A DNA stretch of 64,000 nucleotides, taken from Azolla caroliniana (taxonomy: Eukaryota; Plantae; Polypodiophyta). The stretch spans positions 27,714,001-27,778,000 of the forward strand of contig JBHGNT010000002.1 of NCBI GenBank assembly GCA_043228905.1, in the 5' to 3' direction. This document shows, piece after piece, positions 35,101-45,451 of the stretch; the first letter of the stretch is position 1; the number at the start of each line of letters is the position of its first letter. Made by a program: the position numbers and the translations under genes. A model generated the notes under the pieces. The model searched no databases. It was not told the DNA's origin and was given only the letters and a program-made list of their open reading frames with translations.

Positions 35101-37036
35101 ATATATCAACGATTGATCAACATATTGAATATTTTCGTATGTCAACTTAGAGACCTCCCAAATCCAAGACGAGAAAGAAAGATATATTAAGGTCTACTAG
35201 AGACCAGAATCCTTTTGTGGCAAATCATGATAACAAAAAATTTAATCTCTAGGTTTCATGAAGATCCGTGATAATGACATTAATACATGTGGTGGAATGA
35301 TTCTAGAGATGGTTTCCAACCATGACGTCTATTATAAATATGGATGGGGTTGAATTGTGGCTAAGGGACATGGTACTCAAGGTTGCTTAATGCGGTGGAG
35401 TGAGGCTAAGATAAAGTTTTTGACCACATCCATCTGGGTGTCCCCAGAGATGGAGAGCAACAAGCTCCATGATCTAGTGATGGTATGGCAAATGTGTCTA
35501 AAATCTCTATGCTAGAGGTCTTTGTTGTTATCAGCATTCTTTGACGCACTCTATCGTAACTCTTCAGCATGTTGTCAAGGAGGAAAATACAGTTTCTAAA
35601 GTTCTTTAGCTATTTCTGACCTTAGATCCAGCAAAAGGGCAATTCCAACAACTATACATGAGCTAAAGGTTTTGACAATATCCAACAATGCGCAATCTGA
35701 GGAGAACTTCAAACACTATCTTGCTTTCATGTGAGTGAACTCTGTAGTGACTCATCACTCTATTGTCAGATGAACCTAAATGCATATCAATGTCTCTTTC
35801 TGGATTTAGAGCATTAACAGTCAGCAAAACCAACCTGTCAGAGAGAGCAGTAACACATTGCAGCTGCACAAAATTGCAGGATAATATTGAGAGATTGATG
35901 CAAGTAACCATGGAGCCAGAATAACACCAACGCCATAGAGTACCTACACATTGATCGCATATGGAGACATGAGATAGAAGGAAACGCAATATTTCAGCCA
36001 AAAATTATTATTCTGAATTAAGTAGAACTTACCAAAAGAAAAAAATATAAAGCTGCCCCAACTGAAGTAGTTTTCTGCCTTTGTCCTAACAGTGGTAGCT
36101 CCAATGCACTATCAGTGAACCTGGATACAGAATTATATCAAGAGTACAAAGAAAATGTATAGAGAGATCGGAAGTATCTGTATGAAAAGCGAGATATTTA
36201 AAGTTCATGAAGAAACAGAAAAAGGAAAACAAATATGCACAAAGAAAACAGGACTCTTATGCATAAAAACACAAATGTCACAAACACGACATTATATGCA
36301 ATGCATAGCGTTATACATTGGCTTACATCAACGAATTAACATTAGAGAGAAAAAAAACTGAAAACGAACTACAGATGTACATGAGGACTACAAGTAAGAT
36401 AGACCAACCAAATTGGTAGGCTTTCAAAAATAAATGTTGCTTCTTAGAGAATGTGCATTAACCCCCTGTGCAGTTAGCCTACTTACACTCTAGCATTCTA
36501 CAATAAAGCTTTGGTTAACATACTTACACTCTATAGAGCATACTACATTAAGACTTTTCTAACGTTTTAAACCTTTGGAACCTTAGAAGTTTGGCTACAT
36601 AAAATTAGAAGCATATGACATACGTTTACTAGTTTGTTAAAACTTCTAGGTGTCTTTATATTTGTTTGTTAGCTCACTTATGAAAAGTGGAACTATATAT
36701 ATAGGTCAATATTGAGGAATTCTAAGTCAATTCATCCCCTGTTAACTATTTTCAAGGGCCCTTTTGGGGAAGAAATGGGGCATTCTGGAGTTTTCCTCAC
36801 TGTAGTACTAATTATCACTTAGCAATCTAGTTATCTCTTGGTATTCTCCCCTGATTAATATCAGAAAGGAAAATAAGAGGCAATGCTAATAAAAAAGCAT
36901 ATGACATGCATAGAAGAAAGAAAAATAGATTGAAAAAACAATGCACTTACTGATCATTTTCAACAGATGTTTCATCGATAGCATGATCAGAGTCTTGATG
37001 TGTCTCTGTTCCCGACAACCATCTGATCATGGACAT
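20190..37036 (-). CDS. FIP1: FRIGIDA-interacting protein 1-like / TMEM192-family protein (4 predicted TM helices plus coiled coil), 14 coding exons, 378 aa
   Basis: GT-AG exons 37036-36951, 36120-36033, 35943-35835, 26820-26771, 24160-24094, 23638-23560, 23080-23025, 22206-22110, 21384-21300, 21221-21162, 21060-21001, 20905-20813, 20532-20470, 20333-20190 join in frame (1137 nt). Recognised motifs: ELPLLGQR, LAPW...LCSCNVLLL, QQALLLRYQQDNLRYLHEEIFRLQESLSKYE, VDVVHILAAREQELR, LQSELRLAR, YVEENERLRSMLGEWS. The symbol refers to the FRIGIDA-interacting protein, not the polyadenylation factor. Confidence 0.9.
21505..21800. repeat. Minisatellite, ~42-44 bp unit (TACATTCATCAATTGGTTGATTCATACCCCTCTCAATAGCAAGG), at least 5 copies plus degenerate flanks
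   Basis: Directly visible in a FIP1 intron. Confidence 0.9.
22167..22740. repeat. ~305-bp diverged tandem duplication including the acceptor and 5' part of a FIP1 exon
   Basis: TCAGGCTGCAGATGTGATAAATTATGATATC...CTATAGAC occurs at 22167 and 22472. Confidence 0.9.
29140..29442 (-). mobile_element. Older, diverged copy of the RTEX-like LINE (3' part), interrupted by the younger copy
   Basis: 29148-29442 is collinear with 29626-29920; homology resumes at ~34918-35070, matching 29930-30065. Confidence 0.8.
29645..33336 (-). pseudogene. LINE ORF2: AP endonuclease-reverse transcriptase with C-terminal zinc knuckle; 1 frameshift and 2 nonsense codons
   Basis: Motifs WNCNG, TET, GDFNAR, STVDY, ADH (APE); WYDDEC, NYRTI, QVGFRKG, FVDFRKAFD, GVKQGCPLSP, YADD, YLG (RT); LRTSSHQLQIEVGRY...CQLC..ESEEHYVCHC. 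Frameshift near 30880; stops at 30191-30193 and 29891-29893. Confidence 0.93.
33343..34407 (-). pseudogene. LINE ORF1: coiled coil plus RRM-like / L1-transposase-like C-terminus; 3 nonsense codons
   Basis: ATG at 34407 is in frame with ORFs 33691-34140 and 33343-33690. Stops at 34258-34260, 34141-34143 and 33691-33693. C-terminus AWRVGR..KALIIRF...IYLDDDLTPTQ. Confidence 0.85.
34684..34916. repeat. 117-bp tandem duplication
   Basis: GTAAAGGAATATTGCCTTTATTCAAC... at 34684 and 34801, nearly identical. Confidence 0.95.
35172..35560 (-). mobile_element. Third element ending in the same LINE 3' tail (degenerate)
   Basis: AGAAAGAAAGATATATTAAGGTCTACTAGAGACC at 35172. The extent of the body is uncertain. 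Confidence 0.5.
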
Positions 37037-37989
37037 GGCTCTTGCTATCTATAACTATGGAATTTTGGACATCGCTTCTCCTGAACCCTGAATCTTGTAC
37101 AATAAATTTAGGGTTTGTTAAGGAAAACACACACAAAGACAGAGGATACCTCCTGCAGAATCACAACATGTAGATAAATTACAATAATTCCTTGAAACAG
37201 ATTTTATTGGGGTTTCCCTCTGGTAAATGCATTTTCAGGAAATGCCATTCAGCCACTTAAACATAGATCCTCTCTTGTAAAATCAGTTCTTAAAATTTCC
37301 TTCGGAATAGATAAATTACAATTACGTCTCAGGACCATTAACACTACTAGAAACCCACAAAAGAACGAGATTTTCTGTTGCTGAAATGTTGTTAAGACAA
37401 AAGAAATAACTTTTCTAACATTTGTTTGCTTGCACAAAATTCTAGTTCAATCAGAATGTATTAAGACTATTCGAACGCACAGAGAAAAGAAACAGATTTT
37501 TCTCTTGCCAAATCAGTTCACAAATTTTTATTTTAGACTGTTTGAAGCACATGAAGAAAAAGAATAAAAGAAATTCCTTGTTGCGAAAGAAATTCACCCC
37601 AGAAAACGAAAGGGAAAGAAGCTTATCTGTTTTTAAGTATTTCTGTGATGATTAACAAAAAGGATTATGAATTGTCTACATGAAAACATGTCGAAAAAAT
37701 GCAGAATTTGAGTTTTCTTTTACTCTTCTTACGCAAATCAGATGGTGTTTTAGACTGCAAGAAACTCGCAGAAAAACCAATATATGCATATTAACACACG
37801 GAAAAGAAAACAGGCTTCAATTTTCTATCACCAAAACCTATTCTCGAATTAAATACATAATGTACGCATGTATGCATCGGTAAATATCAATACACAGAAA
37901 AGGAAGCAGATTATTCTCTTGTGAGCACAGCAGGAAACGGATGAAAGAAGCAAAAATAATTAAAAGGAAAGGGAGTTTAGCTGAGGACA

Positions 37990-38250
37990 CCTGAAGAAGA
38001 CGAAGGGAAGTCGATCTGTTTCTGAGGTTCGTCAATGATTGAGGTTTCCGCGATGGAGAGTATGGCCAGGAAGCAGTAAGGCGGAGTAGACGAGAGGAGA
38101 CGCAGATGAGAGGCAGAGGGAAACGAACGCAGAAGTTTAAATACAGAAGTACGTATGGAAAAATCTCGATTAATAAGTAATGAAGGAAAGACAGAAAAGT
38201 ACCAAAAGAATTAATGGCTAATGATCTCTAACCCTAACCCTAACCCCCAT
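37990..38250 (-). promoter_or_regulatory. Probable FIP1 non-coding first exon and core promoter
   Basis: CAG|GTGTCC donor near 37990; CT-rich leader; TATTTAAA at 38143-38136; TTAGGG-type telo-box-like repeats at ~38229-38247. Confidence 0.5.
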
Positions 38251-38648
38251 TTCTAAATGCTTTACTTCTTTACAAATGAGTGTTACCGAAGTTGCTCGCT
38301 AAAAATTACGATCGATTATTACTACACTGAGAAGTTGAATCCTATGGATATGCCTTTCAAAGCTTAATCGCTTATCGAAATTACTTGGTATTAAAACTAA
38401 GCCAGCACATACATACATATATCCTTCCTCTTTCGTATGTATGTCTACTAGAAGTTCATTGATAATCCAAAAACATACACACTAATACCCCTCTTGTGTG
38501 TCTAAGTTCTCATGCTGCCTTGAGGGGGAGGGGGTGAACTTCTCGCATGTGTTACATGTCCAGCGTGTAAAGAACTAGAGAATATTGCTCTATATGGATC
38601 ATTAGAATGGATTTGACAATATGTGTGCTCTATGTTCTGTGGTGTGTG

Positions 38649-38717
38649 TTATGTGCTATGTGCTATGTGCTATGTGCTATGTGCTATGTGTTATGTGTTA
38701 TGTGTTATGTGTTATGT
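38649..38717. repeat. 7-bp tandem repeat (TATGTGC/TATGTGT)n
   Basis: Directly visible. Confidence 0.9.
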
Positions 38718-39899
38718 ATCTGTTAAACACCAAAGAGAACGAACTATATTCAACAAGATGGGGGAAGGTTATAATTAAGATAGAACAATACTAAAAGTTA
38801 ATTAACTATAATTAATCATGTAAATTAACACATTATACAAATCGAGGGTTCAGGGGTGTCACTTTGTGGTTGCAAAGACCACATAAAACTACTTCCTTCT
38901 CCACCCCCACCCCCCCATGCAACAAGCCCCAATGTCTTCTTAACACAAAACTAATCAAATGGATAATTTGTGGATAACAAAAACATGCAGTGTCTCAATT
39001 AAATACACATTTGCTAAGTTCAAAATGTATATGTATCAATTAATTAGTGCACAAAAGCTACATGGAGGAAAGTAATTCTTAATGGATGCAAAGGGAGAGG
39101 ATGAGGAAAAAAATGTAACTGACACTTTCGGGCACCTAAAAGTGAAAGTGTATCTCAGGACCACCAATTTCTTGGCATGATGGGACTCATGTCAAACCCA
39201 AGAGGTCAAGTGACTAGTGTCACCTATAGATTGTGATGCCTAGCATTGTCATTTGCGCACCCCACCCGTCCCCGATGACAGTGTCTTGCCCTTTTTACAA
39301 GTTGGACATCCTAAAGGTTCATATTAACATCACAAGCCTATTGTTAACCTTTGCCACCTAACAAAGGTTACCTCCCTAGATTTTACAATATAAGCATGCT
39401 CTTTGTATATATTGGCCTATGACCAATATTTTAGATTGAAAATAGTTCACATCATCAAGATATTAAAACTAAGGAATATGACATTATTTCCCTTACTGCT
39501 AAATGATAATCATGTCTACTTAAGCTACACGAAATGTTTTGTTGTTACGAGAATCGAGTAAGGGTAATACCTTATTGTTGGTGACAATGACAAGAAAAGG
39601 TGTCAGCCACTCTTGAGTAAATGGACGTAGTGAACTAGCTCGCGTGACAAATCATCATCTCATAACAATTGTAACATTGTGCTTAACTAATTGATTGTGT
39701 TTAGAAAAAGACTTGATAGATGCTCTAGACAAATTATTTACTTAATTAATGATGACGCAACAAATAATTATCATAGCACAATCATCCATTAATCTAAACC
39801 AATGAAGCTTGATACAAAAGGGAGCTTGTGAATACCTAAGATAGAAACTTAAGGTTTCAACTCTTCCTTGGGACAAGGGTCAAACCTTGATAAAGAGAG

Positions 39900-41130
39900 A
39901 GATAGAAAAGGGGAGGGTAGAGACAGACAAACATAGATTGTCCTTAATTCTGAAAAGGATATCAAATGTGCAGAGCCTTTAATAGTTAATCATTTGTTGC
40001 CATCTAAGCAAAGTATGTTGGATTTTGTGCAATGGCATCCTCCACAAGAAAGGGGATGTGCCAATTCATTACAAATCAAGGTTTTGGCAACATCAAGGTT
40101 GTTGAGGTGAGAAGGTAAACAACTTCTTAACCTCTTAATTTAATCAAATTGCTAGGTTGGGTTTGGTAACAATCAAGGGTGCTATGTTGGTGTCATAAAG
40201 AAGATTAATGGAATTTTGAACAACAAGATCAACATTTTGTATTCGAAGATGTTATACCTTTATTTGGGATAAGTTGCAAGAATTACTATCCTCGTACGAG
40301 CCAATTCTTGATTTAGATGGGGATCTCAAGAGCTTGATTGGACATTTGTTGCAAATAGGAGATTGAATATGATCTCAACAAACAATGTTTATCACAAGTT
40401 GATTGACAACCATAAGTGGATGGAAAAAGGCTTATAAAGTTATGACATTTTCATAAGCCCATTACTTGGTGGTTTCATGTGATCAAGGTAGGTTGGTGTT
40501 CTTGATTTATGCTACGAGCTAAGGTATTCATTTAGAGAGTTATGGTTGGAGCTTTATCATTTGGGGATGCATTAAAAAAAAAGAAACATTGCTAGAGAAA
40601 TGTGTTTCTTTTGTTTGGTGGAATTAGAACATAGTAGGCATCAATTTCTTTCATGCCCGATTGCTAGGATGGTTTGGAGGTGTATTAATTAAGTATGGAT
40701 GTCACTCACCGGAGGAAGCCTACCTTGCTTTAGTTGGAATTTTGCATATATAGAGAACAATGAATTGGTGTCTCATTTCAAAATTATTTTTGAGTTCTTG
40801 AGGTATTGGGGGCTATGGCTCAATTGGATTATGCAGAATGCCTTCACTTTTGATTCGCAAGTTGGGGTGAGAAAATATTTTGTAAAGTTAAAAGAACGTC
40901 TTTTCTGGCAATTGATAGGGCTAGAGAAGTCACAAAATCTCAACCATGAAGAGAGAGAACTTTGCAAGGTCACATATCATCATATTTGCTATTTGAATTG
41001 GTGTGTAGTGTGGCATTGAGTTTGTTGTCGTAGTAGTATTTAGATCCCTAGAAGGATTCTATACTTTGTACTGAGTTAGTCATGGTGGTGTTATTTTTGT
41101 TTCGTAATGAAAGCCATTATTTACGAAAAA
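39900..41130 (+). mobile_element. Old degenerate L1 3' fragment
   Basis: CFFCLVELEHSRHQFLSCPIARMVWR (zf-RVT) at ~40603-40680; A-rich end near 41125; many stops. 5' boundary approximate. Confidence 0.7.
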
Positions 41131-42588
41131 GAAGAAGAGAGAGAATGTGTGTGATAATTAATGGAAGGAGAAGTGCATATGAAGGTTGGTGACGAATGTT
41201 AAAATAGTTCAATTGAGAATGTAAGGGCATAAATGGTCATGGGTATGGCATGGATGGATGCATAATATCTCTTGAGAAAATTGTATGATTAGGATAAGTC
41301 AATGTTGCACATGGGATGGAAGAGTATGGCATGGATGGATCATGCATGAATTAGGCCCTAGGGAGAGAAAACGAAAGTTGAGGACAATGAGAGTCATCAT
41401 ACAAAGGGTGATGGGTTTTGATTGAGATGTTTTTAATGTGGAACAAGATGCATGTAGTTACATCCATGAGTTGCCATGACACATGCTAACATTGACCTAT
41501 ATTAGACAGTCACAACAATTGTTAATCACCATGATTGCAATGACCTTTAATCCAACCTCTTTCATCTCAAATTTAAGAAGGTGGTGTTACAAGGTATAAC
41601 TTTAGAGTAATGAAGGTTGGTGACAACGTGGAGATCACGCTAGCCATGAGGACAATGTTTGAAACTCATATTGCAACCTCTAATCTAGTCACACACTATG
41701 CTTTTATTGCTTTTGTCATAATCTTTTTTTTCCTAATCCGTTATTTTGTAAGTTCTTTTAAAACCTTACATTTTATTTATTTGCATGGTAGTATTTAATC
41801 ATGAAACAATATTACAATGTTTGGTTAACAATCAATCTTATTTCATGTGAAACTCATGGGAAGGAAATAATGTGATTTTTGGTGATACACTATTGCTTGA
41901 TTGTTGTAACAAAAAAATGTGATCAAAGAGGATTGTGATTGCTACTCTCCACTCCATCTTCTATTAGATGTTATGTTTGATGCTAGGAAAACTTCTAGGA
42001 CTTTAGTGAGAATGGTAAACCATCGAATATTGACACTTTAAAAATCCATCTCCTTGGTTGAGTGCAACCAACAATATGGTGCAAGTTTAGTATTTAGGCC
42101 AAGGAATTTGTTATTTTTCAAGCTAATCATAAACAATATGCCTTATAAAGACATGTGTTACCAATTCAATAGAAACGAAAACAATCATAATTGACTAATT
42201 CTATAAGTTGAACAATATTTGAGGACTATTTTGTTTTTATACTCTCATCAATCGATATCTTGTTAGGATGTAACAAAGTTATAATGTTTGGGCGATGGTC
42301 TTCTTGGTTGTTGCTCACTGTGGATAAAGCTCTTACAAAAGAAGAGTCTAAACACGATAGAGATTTTCTTACATAAGGAGTGTCATTGCATTCTTTTTCA
42401 AGAACCAAATATATCACAATTCAAAATGTTGATATACGGGGCCATTGAAAATGTGAACAACGATGAATATATTGTTGACGACTCTGAAAATAGCTAGGAC
42501 GCGTGCTTGGAGCATGACATTGATTGGTAAAATATTTTTCGTCCTTTATAAACTCTTTTAAGTTATTGTAAAACATTTGTTTCAATGG

Positions 42589-45451
42589 TCCTCTTGGGCT
42601 CTTCCTGAAACAACCATACGTCTCCAATCGTCTATAGATAGGAGGCCTGTTTGTGCCAGCTTTCCCCATGCTAGGCCCTTAAGTTGCCCTAGCATCGTGT
42701 CGTCACTTGTTCGCACGTGAGGATTCCAGAATAGTGGTTGTCTAGTCCATTTGGTCAATGTCTCCGGGGTGTGTTTGACCAAATGCTGTCGTAGATGGCA
42801 CCATGCCCGCAAGATGAGTTCGCGACCTTGTCCTCCGGATGGCAAGCTAGATTGGGTGGGACTCCGCTCGTGCAGCACCAATTCAAGGAGTCGGGCCAAG
42901 GCCTACCATACTTGGGAGTTCCTGCTTGCAGCCTGTTGCGAAGAAGTACCTTCCAGCACCCCTTACCTGGCAGGAGGCAGCGAACCACCATTTTAGCCAT
43001 CAATGAACGACTTTGCATTAAGGGGTCTATGAGGCCAAGCCCCCCTTTGGCCCGTAGTTGCGTTAACCAACACCATGACACTCTGGAAGCAGCCCTTGGG
43101 TTGTCCTTACTTGACCATATAAACCCCCTGATGGCAGCCTTAATCGTGTGCAGACCTGCAGGGTCCATAATCCAGCAGGAGACTGAGTGCCACATGGTAG
43201 CGAGCAACACTTGGTTCGCAACAAGGACCCTACCAGCGAAGGATAGTTTAGATCTACTCCATTGGGTCAACTTCCTGTTTATTTTGGCTTGTACGTGGGC
43301 CAATTGCGCTCCCTTGGGGATTGACCTCACCATCATAAATCCAAGGTACTTGAATGTCGTCCCATTAGGGACCCACATAAAATCGGCATGGGGTTGCCAT
43401 CTTGGTTTCTCTTGTTCGTTGAACCATAGGCCCGGGTTTTATTCCAATTGATCTTGGCACCAGCCGCCTGGCAAAAGTCCTCGACAAGATGTTTAGCCCG
43501 TTGCAGATTCTCCTCATCACCTTGCAAGAAAAGAACCGTATCGTTGGCATATTCAGATAACAACAAATCTTCAGTCGCATTGGGGATGGGTAATCCCCGC
43601 AGCCCGCTGGTTGGTGCTTGTAAGTAGGCGGAGAAAGCCTCGGTTACAAAGAGATAGAGATATGGGGCTAGGGGACAACCTTGCCTCACTGAGCGTTGTA
43701 GTTGGAAGGCGGGTCCCCTAGAACCAGCCAACAACACGCTACTCGTAGTTGTCCGGTAGAGTGCAGAAGTGCAATTCCTCCATTTTTGAGGTAGGCCCAA
43801 AGCTTGCATCACATTTTCCAAAAAGGGCCATAACACCCGGTCGTAGGCCTTCTCGAAGTCTAACATCAAAATAGCCGAGCTCGATACGGAGCAGCCGGCC
43901 AATGCCATAACTTCCCAAAGAAGCACCACATTATCAAAGATACACCTGTTCTTGACAAATCCAGTTTGATTGTCATGTATGATGTCCGGTAAGAAGCTTG
44001 CTACCTGCTAAGCTAGGACTTTAGCGAGTATCTTGTATGCCGTGTTGAGGATCGTGATTGGACGCCCCTCAAGGGAGCTACGAAAATGCGGAGACTGATA
44101 GCTGAGGCAGTTGATAGGGTTCCGATGGGGGAGGCGAGAGAACCTGCATGGTTCGGTCTCTTTGATGAGGTTGGAATGGTCAAGTCGCTAAAGGGTGTGA
44201 GTGGATCGGGGAGAGATACAGTTTTTGGGGATAGTCAGAGCAGGGGCTCTTGGCACCCAATCCGAGTGGTGGCATAAGTTTACAACATCTGGAAGACAGA
44301 CCCGGATGTTGCTAAGGTGGAGCCCCATTGGAGGTTAAGGGTATATGGTTGTCGCCCCCTTGTCGATCTGGATTGGGACCCAGGGGATTTCAGATGGAAA
44401 CATGATGATAGACTCCATCACTTCTTCGATTACACCACTAAATTGGGTCGGACTTTGCAACTGCAGCTGGGCAGCCCCCTTCGCAATGGCTAGCGAACAT
44501 TGGGCATCCCTGATGAGGCGCTCATTACCTTTTGGAAAGGTCTCTGGCGCCTCCACATGCCTGAAAAGATCAAGCTCTTTTGGTGGCAGATCGATCATAA
44601 TGTGGTGCCCGTTGGTGAATGGCTAGGTAAACGCTAGGCTGCCCACTGTGCTCTCGACCTATCGAGACTCTGAGACATTGTCTGTGGGATTGCCCTCAAG
44701 CTCAAAAGATCTGGGATAGAGTGACTCGCCTCCTTGCGGCATGTGAAGTTGAAGGAACAGCCTCGTGGAGCGCTGCGGCATGGATTGGTCACTCGGTCGA
44801 AGGGTGGACAGACATCGTCAATGCGGATAGTTGGTGCTATGTATGCACGAGAGGCAAAATCGTCAAGATCCGTTTCGAAAGAGGCTTGCAGCCCGCATCC
44901 CCTAGGTTTCCAGAAATCTGGATGCTGATTGCAGGTTTCACCTTGTGGTACATATGGAAAGCACGTTGCCTCAAGGTTTTCCAAGGTACGGTACGACCCC
45001 CGGAGGAAGTGATCATGGACATATGGTTCGCGATTATCAGCTGCCTACGAGGGCAAATGGAAGAGATTTGCAGCCACTCCAATGACGTGATCTCTGCCCA
45101 GTTGCGCTTTTGGCAGAAATGGAGGAACACACCTATGGTGATGCAAGGCGAGAGTGGCCCGAGGTGGAATTACCAGCCCCCACGCTAGTTGTTTCCTAGT
45201 CACCTGCCACCCTCTCTTCGTTGTAGGCCCCAAGAGCTGACTCGTACTAGGCAACATTGAAGGCCATCGCCTTAGATATAAGTAGCTTCTTACATTAAGT
45301 TAGGCCGCAAGGCATTGTAAGTAGGCTGATCTTCTTTTACTTGATCGGAGGTAGACTCCCCGATGTGTGTATAAGTCTCCTTGTAGACTCTCTATGTAAT
45401 AATCATTCCTAACTAATGGGAAAGTAGCTTCATTTTGGGGGGAAAAAAAAA
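42589..45451 (+). mobile_element. 5'-truncated and 5'-inverted L1-type LINE insertion with 19-bp TSD
   Basis: TSD AAAACATTTGTTTCAATGG at 42570-42588 and 45452-45470; poly-A before the right TSD. 42589-~44065 encodes RT on the minus strand (RPITILN, LDFEKAYDRV, VRQGCPLAP, YAND, KYLG). ~44066-45190 encodes the downstream zf-RVT/C-terminus on the plus strand. Confidence 0.93.

Noticed and set aside
35620-35695. AG...GT-bounded open segment that could be an extra FIP1 exon
   Set aside because: The family alignment runs directly from exon 35943-35835 to exon 26820-26771, and its 76-nt length would shift the frame.
37150-37152. Possible 3-nt micro-exon (CTGCAG|GAG|GTATCC) in the FIP1 5' UTR
   Set aside because: Cannot be distinguished from chance without transcript data; the following intron would be only about 62 nt.
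38229-38247. (TAACCC)3 as an interstitial telomere or evidence for a TTAGGG telomere type
   Set aside because: Too short; compatible with a promoter telo-box-like motif or chance.
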